42,406 nt of DNA, from positions 83,956,362 through 83,998,767 of the forward strand of contig NC_068983.1 in NCBI RefSeq assembly GCF_001194135.2. The letters are read 5' to 3'. This document shows positions 1 to 11,286 of this stretch, piece after piece (position 1 is the first letter of the stretch; each line of letters begins with the position of its first letter). Source of the stretch: Octopus bimaculoides (Eukaryota). A model generated the notes under the pieces. It was not told the DNA's origin, searched no databases, and was given only the letters and a program-made list of their open reading frames with translations. A program made the translations under genes and the position numbers.

Positions 1-465
1 GTCTATTCTGTATTTTATGTAGTTTGTTCTTAGTGCTTGCTCTTGGGCAGCACAGATTAGAGCCTCTGTTTCCGGTTTTAAATCACTTTTAGTCATCCAC
101 AGCCATCTTTTTTCTCTGTCTGTCTTATCTCCAGCATCACTATGGAATTGTCCATGCATTCCTTTCTTTACCCACCTATTTTCAGTTTCATTCGTGTTCA
201 ATTGCTTGTACAGTGCTTTATCTTTGCAATCTTTCATCCTACACAAGCCTGACCTTCTTACTTCTAATAATAGCGGTTCTGTGGCATTTTTTACATACCA
301 TGGTATGTTGTTTTCTTCTGCTCTAATGCTGTGTTCGCATCCAAAAAGTCCTCTTACCCCTCTTTTTCTTGCTACATACAATCTGTCTGTGTCACTTTTT
401 TGGTGGAGTGTCCCATATCTAGTTAGCAATTTCCTTGTCTTTCTGTCTAAGCTGTTTAGTTCGTT
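1..465 (-). mobile_element. R4/Dong-like RLE non-LTR retrotransposon (family A), 5'-truncated copy with an uninterrupted reading frame running off the window edge
   Basis: The minus strand 465->1 translates for 155 codons without a stop: NELNSLDRKTRKLLTRYGTLHQKSDTDRLYVARKRGVRGLFGCEHS...KGMHGQFHSD...WLWMTKSDLKPETEALICAAQEQALRTNYIKYRID. This matches the post-RT region of R4-clade ORFs (LDRKTRKLLT..G.LHP.SD.DRLY..R..GGRG; HGQF; LK.ETE..I.AAQEQAL.TN). It is missing from the ORF track because it has no in-window stop. Confidence 0.92.
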
Positions 466-508
466 TATTATTATTATTATAATTATTGTTGTTGTTGTTG
501 TTGTTATT
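466..508. repeat. (TAA)n/(CAA)n microsatellite (minus-strand reading) joining two family-A RLE copies
   Basis: The plus strand reads tattattattattataattattgttgttgttgttgttgttatt, between the 3' UTR of one copy and the truncation point of the next. Confidence 0.9.
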
Positions 509-2300
509 GCTATGTTTGGCCTTTGCTTTAATTGTACAAGTCACAACCAAGTCTCAAGTCTCACCCAGAGATGTCAAGAGAGAACAAGCTCTCTTACATC
601 TAAAGATGCAAATAGGTGAAATGTCATGCAATTGAAAGAACTGATATTTGTGAGCTATAAAAAAATTCTGGATAATGATAGTCTATGTAGAGCTCTGACT
701 AATAAATTAATAGTCGTACGTTATTCTTATGGCACCTTTTATTATAGTGATTGTTCTTGCTTTCAGTTTTCACATTTCTGTTATCTCTATTTCCAGATCT
801 TTGTATTCTGGTCATTTCTCCATTTCTACGAGATTCACATTATCATACGTTCAAATTGATATTTCGATTAGGAGGTGTTTCTTTTCCTAGTTTTCCTTTA
901 CAACATCACCTTGTTGATTAGTTCTGATATCTATTGTCGGTGTGCATTAACATATCTCCGAGTATATTTACTTGCCTCTTCTATGGAACTTTTCCTCGTA
1001 TATACCGATATCACATGGTTTCTTTCTTTCTTTCTTTTTTGTCATTTCACTGACATAACTTCCAGTGGGTGTAAGTCTCAATTTTTTGTACCTGGTTAAG
1101 ACTAGCCAATTATAGAAAATGTAGCTAATCGTTTCTTCTCTATCTCTACATGTTTTGCAATTGTTTTATTCCGCTTCTTTATAAGCTTTGGGTGATTTCC
1201 AATAAGGACTTTGATCCCGCATTAAGAATATTCGATCTCAACTTTCAGTCTTGCGCTCATCAGCCAGTGTTATGAGTTTTCTTTGTCTGCTGTCTTCGGC
1301 TTTTTTATGTGCTGGTCATGCAGAGGCTTTTGTTTCTGTCATTTTATCGTTACATTCATTTTTAACTTCAACTTCATCCATTTTGTAATTTCTTTTCAGT
1401 TATTCTCCTTTGTCTTGGTAACTATCTGTCGTTTCAGCCACTGTCTCGTATTTTGTTAGCTTTCTTTAAAACAGAAAACGCATTATTCTTCGGAGAGGAG
1501 AGGTGTTCGTGTTTCATGGCTACTTGTATTAGTTTTCCATTATTGTTTATTAGATATAAGACTACAGTATGTAGATGTAAGACTACAGTATGTGGTCTTA
1601 CAATTTTCCAGTTGAATAAGGCCTCTATATCACTATGCTCGTGCTAAATTGAATCCATTCCTATCTGACTCTATGTAATGTATTCTAAACGCAATCGTTA
1701 TAGTTTCTTGTTTTTATTTTCTCTCTTACCTTCTTAGTTCGTTTAGCGTCAAACTGGGGGTATTATAACTATAATTCATTAATCAGACAACTAGAATTTG
1801 ACGCCTATTTCCTTTAACTCTATTTTAAGCATTACTCTAATATGCCCTCCTGATCTTTTCTATTTTTCCATTTGTGTGTTTTGTACACTGTTCATTGATC
1901 CCAAAGTATTTCTGTATTTGTTTGGTTTAACTCTCTTATCTCAATTTCTTTATCTAGCATATTAGTGTTCTTAATTTTCTTCTTTTCGAGTTTCTTGGGT
2001 GCATTTTTATCATCTTAATTCCATATCAATTTCTCTAGTAAATCCTTGTAGTGCCGGTTGTGACGCTTCGAGTTGTTTATTGCCTTCGGTGCACAGTTCG
2101 AGTTTGTGCATATACAAAAGATGATTGGTTGTCTTACCATAGTATTAGTATCCGAGTTTATCCTAATTAAATGCCAGTTAAATGCCAGAGCTATAATTTT
2201 AAAAAATTAGTCAAGCGAGAAAGATCTCTTGCAATTTTCTAATTCTAATAGAGACGAGTTTAGTATTTTTCCGTATCTGCAAGATTGTTTACCGTTTACA
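509..2300 (-). mobile_element. R4/Dong-like RLE non-LTR retrotransposon (family A), decayed 3' part (RT end, zinc knuckle, RLE, 3' UTR)
   Basis: Minus-strand motifs appear in the expected order despite stops and frameshifts: a QGD-like motif (~2250), NHLLYMHKL (the YMDDL equivalent, ~2120), KYFGINE, RGLIQLE, KPLHDQH, CKTCRDREETISYI...HWKLC (CCHC knuckle remnant), and HLLIEISI*TYDNVNLVEMEK*PEYKDLEIEITEM*KLKARTITIIKGAI (RLE). A short UTR then runs into the AAC/AAT tail. Confidence 0.88.
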
Positions 2301-2639
2301 CATCCAGTTACAACTACCATCTTAGTACTGGTCCTGCCTTATCTATGCTAGGGTTCCCAAGGTCCACGTGTGGGAAATAGCATCAGAAGGAGTGACACAG
2401 AGACTCATATGGCTGTAAAGCTTAGTTACTGAACAACAAAGACAAACCCGAAGATTGCAGGAAAAGAAAGAGAAATCTGCTCAGATCGCTCTTTCACTTC
2501 CTACAATCTAGAAGCCACCTCTTTCTTTCAGCTGAAAAGCAGGGGAGCACCAAAGTCCTGCAAATACCCATTCGTTCTCATTCCCACTACTGTTTCTTCT
2601 GGTATATTCTTACACTGCCAATGTGGAACATTCAGTCTC

Positions 2640-2870
2640 ATCTAACCTTCCACACAATCAGCATTCCAGCTTGTTATTATCCTTCAGAGTAAAGTTCTGG
2701 TTATTTCTAATAGGTACAACCTATTATTTTTGTCGTGTTGAATGACTTCGTATAGGCTTCGTAAGCGTCTAGTCCAATTTTACTGGCTTAAATATCACCT
2801 CGAGTTATACAAGGCCTCTTCTTCCATTCTACATAGGAATATATATAATGTGATATATGTAAGATTTCGA
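2640..2870 (-). mobile_element. Highly decayed R4-like fragment
   Basis: The minus strand gives YIPM*NGRRGLV*LE, then after a frameshift KIGLDAY and VIQHDKNNRLY. This resembles the YIPR.EGGRGLIQLE...IGL..YL...HE segment. Confidence 0.45.
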
Positions 2871-4125
2871 GCGATGTAACCTACGTAAAACAAACATCGA
2901 AGAAGCTGCAAGAGCTGCTCAAAAGTTCAAAAGTATTGCAAGCTCTTCTGAATCCATTGCAATGCTGGAAACTGCTCTGTATCATCAGAGAATGGGTATC
3001 ACAAGCGTGATCACAAGCGTGATCTATATGATCTATAGGACCAATACTGATACGGGGCTAAACAACAACATCACTGTCCAAATTACCATAACCAATAACA
3101 CTTGTCAACCATGTCACCATAACTACCTCTAGTATTTGCATTCTAGATGGTGTTACATTAATGACGGCTACCGTCAGTCATAAACAACAATCCGATCTAT
3201 ACAAAGGAAGCAACTAAACGCAGTGATCAGAAAGAAGAGACAAGGGGAGGAAACGGGTTGCATTGACTGCTTGTCCATTTAAGAAGCTATCTTCTTCACT
3301 CTCTCACAGGACTAGCCTAGCTTTACCATGCACTCCCTTTTGATGCCCTTTCAAAAGATCCATTCCTATTTCTCACAATATACAAATGCCATATCAGAAC
3401 CTTGCTGCACTTCTGGATTTTTCATGTTACACTCTCCCCCTTTTTTCCACACATCACTTTGGTCCTTTTCTTTTCTCTCCCTCTCTCTCCCTCTCCCTCT
3501 CTCTCTCTCTCCCTCTCTCTCTCTCTCTCTNNNNNNNNNNNNNNNNNNNNNNNNNNNNNNNNNNNNNNNNNNNNNNNNNNNNNNNNNNNNNNNNNNNNNN
3601 NNNNNNNNNNNNNNNNNNNNNNNNNNNNNNGTGTGTGTGTGTGTGCGTGTGTGTGCGTGTGTGTGTGTGTGTGTGTTTGTTTGTGTCTTTGCTATTGAAT
3701 ATTCTATTCTTTAGGGTGTTTTCAGGGAAAAGAAGATGAAGAGAAAGAGTGAAAGAGAGAGAGTGTGAGAGAGAAAGCGACAGCAATGGAGAGGAATGCT
3801 TGAAAGCTTTTATTCATGTTAAATTTTGTTAATTTTATTTTTCTATTAATTACTTTGTTATATTTTATCATTTTCTTGATACGCGATGTATTGTATATAC
3901 ATACAGCATCACTGTATGTGTGTGTGTGACGTGCGTGTGTTTGTATGTACGTGAAAACCTGTATTTACGTGTGTGTGTGCATATATATCTGTATGTATGT
4001 GTGTATATATATATATATACATACACACACGCACTCACGTACATACACGTGTGCGTGTGTGTCTGAATGTCTTTGTATGGATATATACAAATATATTTAA
4101 ATATTATGTTCATATGTATGTGTGC

Positions 4126-4171
<46 letters not shown>

Positions 4172-4312
4172 CTGTGTATGTATGTACGTATTAATATATA
4201 TATACATACATACATGCATACATTTACGTCTATAATATATATTGAATTTATAGGGATATGTATATAAAATAAATACATATGTGTGTATGCATGTTTTTAT
4301 ATACATACATAC

Positions 4313-4352
<40 letters not shown>

Positions 4353-4844
4353 ATTTATATACGCACATATACAGGTATATACATATAATACATATGTACA
4401 AACATATGTGTACTTGTTCTCATGTGTATGCGTGCGCGTGTGTGTGTATGTGTGTGCGGGTATATGTTCATATGTATATCTGTATATAAAGTAAGTTCTT
4501 TTTTTTTTTTCCTAATATATCAAATATTTATTCTATTTCGTCTTTTCATTGGAAACTAATACTAATCAGTATTTTGGCTTATTTATTCTTTCGTTTCGTT
4601 TTGAATCATTTTTGGGTTTTTTTAACTTCGGTTTCCTCATCACCACCTTCATCACAGAATATCACACTAGTCAATACTAACAGAAGTCGTTATCTGACAA
4701 AATAAAAAAATTTTTTAAAGTTTTGGATGGGGCAAAAATAATATTAATAATATTTTCAACATAGCTATTTTAGTAAGTTTCCCAGGATATTTTTTGAGGT
4801 TTTTTTTTTGTCTTTTTGCTAAATATGAAAAGATATAAATCATC

Positions 4845-5145
4845 CTAATCATGATCACAACCACCACCATCATCATCATCATCACCATATCGATCATCAT
4901 CATCATCACCATCATCACCGTCGTCGTCGCCATCATCATCATCATCACCTGTGTCGTCATCGTCGTTCACGTCGCCATTTTTGATATTCTGTCTCAGCCC
5001 AATCATCACCGTCATAAAAGTTATCATCATCGTCATTATTCTCATGAGCGATGTCGTCGTCGTCGTCGTCGTAGTCGTCATCGTCATCATCAGCAGCAGC
5101 AGCAGCAGCAACAACAACATAATCGCCGACGTCATTGTCATTATC
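4845..5145. repeat. Mosaic trinucleotide array (CAC/CAT/CGT/CAG/CAA)
   Basis: Runs of catcatcat, cgtcgtcgt, cagcagcag and caacaacaa are directly visible. They explain the His/Ile/Val/Gln/Asp-rich ORFs called in several frames. Confidence 0.9.
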
Positions 5146-5210
5146 GTCTTCGCCTTTTTATTCTGTCATTCACATTATCATCGATATATCAGTTTCATCT
5201 CCCAAGTTGG

Positions 5211-5267
<57 letters not shown>

Positions 5268-5269
5268 CT

Positions 5270-5472
5270 GCATGTGGATTGTTGGCGATTATTTTCCTCC
5301 GTCTTTCTTTTCTCTGGGACTTTCCTCTGTCCCCTATTACTGAAGAGCTTTGCTTGAAACGTAAAACACCCTTTCTTTCCTTCCCTGAGCGTCTTTTAAT
5401 ACTTTGCATGTACCACGTCCTCGCGTTGTTGCTGTTCTTTCTTGTTGCATTTTTCTTCATTTTTTTACTAAT

Positions 5473-5475
<3 letters not shown>
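5270..5475 (+). mobile_element. Penelope pLTR/retrozyme-like short repeat with a degenerate hammerhead motif
   Basis: A ~200-bp segment lies between (TG)n arrays. Its motif TGAA-GAGC-ttt-GCTT-GAAA-CGT-A-AAACA (5341-5368) parallels the hammerhead-like motif at 28349-28385. Confidence 0.45.
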
Positions 5476-5521
<46 letters not shown>

Positions 5522-5656
5522 NNNNNNNNNNNNNNNNNNNNNNNNNNNNNNNNNNNNNNNNNNNNNNNNNNNNNNNNNNNNNNNNNNNNNNNNNNNNNNN
5601 NNNNNNNNNNNNNNNNNNNNNNNNNNNNNNNNNNNNNNNNNNNNNNNNNNNNNNNN

Positions 5657-5702
5657 TATCTTTGCAGTTTCGGCTGGTTATACTCCCGAAACTGCAAAGA
5701 TA
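5657..5702. repeat. Perfect 17-bp inverted repeat with a 12-nt loop
   Basis: TATCTTTGCAGTTTCGG (5657-5673) and CCGAAACTGCAAAGATA (5686-5702). The stem may extend into the adjacent gap. Confidence 0.95.
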
Positions 5703-6343
5703 ATCTGGAACTCGACTGACGAAAGAAAACTCCGAATGACTCGTCCGTTTTTTCATGTCCCTTTTTGTATCATCCAACTGTCTCGACATTTTGTTGTCGC
5801 CTGTCGCGTTCTTATCCCATTTTTGTATTCTTTATATACATATATCGTAAAGTATGACACGGGAAGACGTCGAAAAAACATACGGAAAACAAGAGAAAAG
5901 CACGCAAAGGACGTGTGCACGAGCACTCACCCTCGCGTGATAGCGCGAATACTTGACCAAAACTACCCAGAAGCTGGTGTTTCGCCTAGTTATGAATAAG
6001 ACCATTGCACTTAACTACATTACGATAAGGGTTAGAAATATAGGAAGTTAGAAGATTCACTAAATCTTGGTAATTAGTAAGTTTAATTGCTCTGAGGAGT
6101 GAAAATGTCATAAGTGCTTCAACATAGATTATTTAATTATTCATTTCATAGCGACTTCTAAATCACCATAAAAACCCCTCTCATGTTTCGAAATTTTTGT
6201 CCATATACCTCTCTAGCAAAACAGCAACAACTTGAATTTCTACGTCACAGTTGCTGTTATTGCAAAATCGTAATTGAATGAACTACTTCTTCGCTGTGCT
6301 CTCTAAGGTTTTATCTTTTCAATTATTATACGCTTCCTTGCAG

Positions 6344-6464
6344 CAACAGATGTTGATTCAAAATTTACATCAACGTTATATTTCAAAGAAACTAGCTTGG
6401 CGTACGCCCTAAGCTATTTGCTTTACAAACACACACCACTGAAGCACCAGTTGCTCACTTTCTT
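6344..6464 (+). CDS. Candidate internal coding exon of an unidentified host gene
   Basis: The acceptor is ttatacgcttccttgcag| and the donor is |gtaagt at 6465. One frame is open through all 121 nt (xTDVDSKFTSTLYFKETSLAYALSYLLYKHTPLKHQLLTF), phase 1 in and phase 2 out. The sequence is unique and I do not recognise the family. Confidence 0.4.
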
Positions 6465-7099
6465 GTAAGTTCTAGTTCTGGCTCACAATTTCCACTAGAC
6501 TACCATTTTCTCTTGATATGAAATACAAAGCTGAAAGTTACCTAATCACTGAAATGTTAACAGAAGATGCAGAGTGGCACAAGTTTTTGTGCGTTGGTGA
6601 TGGTGGTCATTGTGTTGGGGATGTTTTGGGGTGTGTACTATCAAATTTGGAGATGTTATATTATGATACTTCAGGAACAAACTTATTTAAAAATTAGTTG
6701 TAGTTAATAAATTTTCAAAGAATTTGTACATACAGATTTTCACTGCAAAACGCAGTGTTTATTAAAAGGGAGTTTGAAAACTAATTAGAAAGAGTTAGTC
6801 TTATATAAGTAACTGGCTGAATATCGAGAAACGAAGCAGGAAGAGGAGGAGTGAATGTGTTCGAATACTGGACGGTTTAAGAAACTAGAAAGTTAGGGAC
6901 ATTGCAGAGAGCTAGAAAGAAAGAGTACATCTTCCAGAGAGTCTCATATAAGTGAATGATAAATAGGATGTACACTGGCACAAGAGATAATGCACAAGAG
7001 ATAACAGAATAAATATCAAAGATAAGGGCAGCTTTGTGCGTGTATGTATGTAATTATATGCATGTATACATGGATGCATATGCACATGTAAATGTATGT

Positions 7100-7231
7100 G
7101 TGTGTGACAACCGGTGTTGATGTATTTACATCCCCTTAACATAGCGTTTCGGCAAAAGTGAAAGATAGAATACATACCAGGCTTTTAAAAAAACAAGTAC
7201 TGGGGTCGATTCGATCGACTAAAATTATTCA
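7100..7231 (+). mobile_element. SINE family 1, 3' fragment
   Basis: gacaaccggtgttgatgtatttacatcc...ttcggcaaaag...gtactggggtcgattcgatcgactaaaa matches the 3' half of the copies at 16236-16624 and 30592-31119. Confidence 0.75.
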
Positions 7232-7415
7232 AGGCATTGCAGTGTGGTAACAGGCTTGCTTCCCAACGATGTGGTTTTGAATACATGGTTTCGTGTTCAC
7301 TCACCACTGCGTAACACCTTGGGTAGTGTCTTCTACTATAGCGTAGGGCTGACTAAAGCCTTGTGAGTAGATTTGCTAGGCGGAAACTGAAAGAAGCCCG
7401 TTGTGTGTGTGTGTA

Positions 7416-7450
<35 letters not shown>

Positions 7451-7460
7451 GTGTGCGCGC

Positions 7461-7491
<31 letters not shown>

Positions 7492-7712
7492 TGCGCGCGC
7501 GTATGTGCGTGTGTTGTCCCCCACCCTACCACTCTACAACCGCTTTTGGTCTTTTTACATCCCCTAACTTAGCAGTTCAGCAAAAGAGACCAGTAGAATA
7601 AGAAATACAATATTTTAAAAGATATAAGTAGTCGTGTTGATTTGTTCGACTAAAACCCCTGAAAGCGATGCTGCAGAATGGCCGCATCCCAACGAGTGAA
7701 GCAAGTAAAAGA
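7232..7712 (+). mobile_element. tRNA-headed SINE family 1, full length, with an internal (TG/CG)n expansion
   Basis: It is colinear with the other family-1 copies: head, caccttgggtagtgtcttctactatag, gtagatttgctaggcggaaactgaaagaagcccg, internal microsatellite, then caagtaaaaga tail. (GACA)(GGTA)(GATA)n follows at 7741-7833. Confidence 0.85.
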
Positions 7713-7780
7713 TAGCTAGGTAGCTATCAATCTAGCTAGCTACACAGACAGACAGACAGACAGACAGGTAGGTAGGTAGG

Positions 7781-7835
<55 letters not shown>

Positions 7836-8625
7836 GGAAGGGTCGGACGGCCAATAATCACACGTACTAGTTGTTCCTTTCAGCTTAATTTTATTTTTAA
7901 CCAATTTTCATAGCATCTATATTTGATGGTCCAGTTTCTTTTTTTGTTCTATATGTATTGATATAATTTTTTTTCTATATAGAGCAACCTTCATACACTT
8001 GTTCATTTGTAAACACTATTGCAAACTCAAGATGAAATGTGTTTAGATTGTCTGTCATTGCTATTATTTTATATACGACTATTGTTGCCATTATTATGTC
8101 GACTATTATTAGTATGACCTTTCCTCATGAAAGTTTGTTTCTTGGTTTGTTTACACATATTCGACAAAGTTATAATTTTGTTCTCCCCTATCTAATCTTA
8201 TTATTTTTAACCCTTGCATGCTTTTAGATTCTTCCTTACCTACAAATCGACTTTTAAATCGTTTAACATTTTAGAATCCTCGTTCACTGTTAAATTCTTT
8301 CACATTTTTATCTGATTGTTTTACCGCGTGTTTATTTTCGGCCATGAATTGAAGACCATTTCCGCCTTCGATTTTTACTTTATCTCCTCTTGTCGTACTT
8401 CTCTTTCTTTTCTTTACATCTTTTTCTCTCTTATATCCCCCAGTTGCCTTCTTTCCTACTATTAGTTTCTTTCCTTCTGCCTTTCTTTTATCTATATCTG
8501 TCTATATAAATATTGTTGTATTTCGGGACGGTCATTTTTTTTTTTTTTTTTTTTGCTAAACAAACACACGCACTATATATTTTTTCTTCACTCGTTTATT
8601 ACTGTTCTTATTTTATTATCTTAAC

Positions 8626-8681
8626 TCGTGTCCATTGCCCGAAAATCTTTCGTCATATATCTGTGACCTCTTCAGCGACAC
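8626..8681 (-). ncRNA. Minimal type-I hammerhead-ribozyme-like motif (Penelope pLTR type)
   Basis: The minus strand reads gUGUCg-CUGAAGA-G-GUCA(cagauaua)UGAC-GAAA-GAUUUU-C-gGGCA. The CUGANGA and GAAA cores are intact, stem II is a perfect 4 bp, and stem III is self-complementary (AAGAUUUU) with a UC cleavage site. Stem I is imperfect (G.G at the closing pair). Confidence 0.55.
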
Positions 8682-9009
8682 TTTTTGTTTTTGTGTGTGT
8701 TCTTACTCCACTTACTCCAACGTATCTATATAAATTATTGAATAAAATCCGTTGGAACTCGAATGTAATCTACAACAAACTTCCGTATTACGATTTTCTG
8801 TTTTCTCTGAAACCGCTTCCAATTTTTTTTCCGTAAAGAAATTCTATGATTACCTTTCACTATAAATGTTCCTATTTTGACAAGATCGAGAGACCGAAAC
8901 AAACTGCAGTTTGTAACAAAATCAAACAATGAATAAATATTAGTTCTCAGTGTTTTCACATTTAGCGAGTACTTTTTATAGTAGCCAGAATTGATTACGG
9001 TAGTACTTC

Positions 9010-9078
<69 letters not shown>

Positions 9079-9362
9079 TGTGTATATTTGTATTTATACA
9101 CACACACACACANNNNNNNNNNNNNNNNNNNNNNNNNNNNNNNNNNNNNNNNNNNNNNNNNNNNNNNNNNNNNNNNNNNNNNNNNNNNNNNNNNNNNNNN
9201 NNNNNNNNNNNNNNNNNNNNNNNNNNNNNNNNNNNNNNNNNNNNNNNNNNNNNNNNNNNNNNNNNNNNNNNNNNNNNNNNNNNNNNNNNNNNNNNNNNNN
9301 NNNNNNNNNNNNNNNNNNNNNNNNNNNNNNNNNNNNNNNNNNNNNNNNNNNNNNNNNNNNTC

Positions 9363-9416
<54 letters not shown>

Positions 9417-9496
9417 ATATATCTACAGATAACATCCGCCTACTATATTTTCCCTTCTCATTCAGCATCGGTGTCAATTGCTGCCAAGCGTTTATA

Positions 9497-9582
9497 CAGA
9501 GTCCGCCAAAAAATGTATGCACACTTCGGGAAAGGAAAAATTTGCATAAATATTTAACTTGTATAAGTATACATATATATAT

Positions 9583-9665
<83 letters not shown>

Positions 9666-9783
9666 GATAGATAGATAGATACCGCTTTCGATGTTTTATA
9701 AAACTGCAATAACACTGAATAAAAATATTTATACAGGTTTTCCCTTTCCTTAAGTGTGTATACATTTTAGTGGGTGGACTCTG
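9497..9783. mobile_element. Tc1/mariner-type MITE (287 bp) with ~60-bp TIRs and TA target duplication
   Basis: The left end is TA|CAGAGTCCGCCAAAAAATGTATGCACACTTCGGGAAAGGAAAA and the right end (reverse complement) is TA|CAGAGTCCACCCACTAAAATGTATACACACTTAAGGAAAGGGAAAA. TA lies at 9495-96 and 9784-85. The interior is mostly (GATA)n. Confidence 0.88.
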
Positions 9784-9964
9784 TATATCGTCTCTCGGAG
9801 CGCGGATAATTTCAATGAATTAAAAATTTAAATCGTATTGCACTTAATATAATATTATTTATTTTTGTTGTCCAAATTTTTTCTGCTGACTCCTCTGATT
9901 TATTATTCTCTACTCATTTCTTCTTTATATACGTATGCATTTATCTGTGCATGTATTGCGTGAT

Positions 9965-11286
9965 TGTATGTCTGCATATATGTATGCATGTATGTATATA
10001 TGTATGTCATTATTCAATTTATTTCAAGATTTCTTGCCAATAGAGAAAAAAACCGGTTTCTAACCTAGATTCAAGGTTCCTACACTGGAACTTCAACATC
10101 AACAACAGGGTATATTTGTTTGTATGTATGTATGTATGTATGTATGTATGTATGTATGTATGCATGCATGTATGTATATGCAGATTTGTATGTTCTATGT
10201 ATGTATTGTCATGCATATAGTTACATATCTAGACATGCTCATATATATTTAAATGATAAACTTCTGGGAAGTTTTACATTGATGGATTGGATCTGTAGTC
10301 TTCGAATCAGCTTTCTTCTTTCTGGTTTTGAGAAGCCTAATTTCTCAAGATTGGTATTTAGGCAGTGTGTTACATATCCCAGGGCCCCAATAAATACAGG
10401 TATAAACCTGAACTTGTAGTTTGGATAGAGTAACTGCAGANNNNNNNNNNNNNNNNNNNNNNNNNNNNNNNNNNNNNNNNNNNNNNNNNNNNNNNNNNNN
10501 NNNNNNNNNNNNNNNNNNNNNNNNNNNNNNNNNNNNNNNNNNNNNNNNNNNNNNNNNNNNNNNNNNNNNNNNNNNNNNNNNNNNNNNNNNNNNNNNNNNN
10601 NNNNNNNNNNNNNNNNNNNNNNNNNNNNNNNNNNNNNNNNNNNNNNNNNNNNNNNNNCAGCAGTGTTCTCTTTTTCACTGATCTTCAAGCTTTATGTTAA
10701 CATCCGCTGGGCAGCTAATTTCCACAACTGTGCTCAGTTTCTCTTCTCTATCCCAAATCATTATATCAGGTCTGTTGTGCTTACATTTTATTGAGGTTTT
10801 CCCTGGTACATTCCACCAGTATTCCTTTTCATTATGAGTGGCTATGGCTTTTACCATATCGTGTTTTTTTTTAATTCTTTGTCCTCGGGATTATCCTTCC
10901 GACGGATTTCATTATAGAGTGTCCTAACTACAACGTCATGTCTCATCGGTAGATAATACCATGATGACATTTTCGGACAACTGCTTATGATGTGGGTGAT
11001 ATCTTTCAGTACGGATTCCACAAAGTCTGCATCGGTTGTCACATTTTACGGCTTTTCCTGCATCTCTATCCCTTTTGTGCATCAAGTACTTGGTTGATAT
11101 TTCCTGTTCCTGGATTGCAATCGCAAACTCTTCAAAGTAGGAGGTAGTAGTCCGGCTATTGGTCCATGATAAACTGCTTTGATGATCGATGTTACTATCA
11201 TCACGGAGCTTTCTACTAACATATCCATGCATAGTCTTGTGTTCATATAGGCTCATCTTTTCATCTGATGATATCTTGCGGTAGAG
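9965..11286 (-). mobile_element. R4-like RLE non-LTR retrotransposon (family B), 5'-truncated, with frameshifts and an internal gap
   Basis: The minus strand gives HKTMHGYV...FAIAIQEQEISTKYL...CDNRCRLCG...DITHIISSCPKMSSWYYLPMRHDVV (CCHC knuckle), WWNVP...KHNRPDIMIWDREEKLSTVVEISCPAD (PD-D/ExK-type RLE) and FRFIPVFIGALGYV...LIRRLQIQS. The 3' UTR contains a GTTAGAAACC motif and (CATA)n lies at both ends. Confidence 0.92.

Noticed and set aside
194-1099. Plus-strand hydrophobic ORFs
   Set aside because: They are antisense shadows of the minus-strand R4-like coding sequence. The same applies to 17912-18304 (mariner) and 37164-37586 (RTE).
4845-5343. His/Arg/Gln-, Ile/Val- and Asp-rich ORFs
   Set aside because: All frames derive from the same mixed trinucleotide array, with no complex flanking coding sequence.
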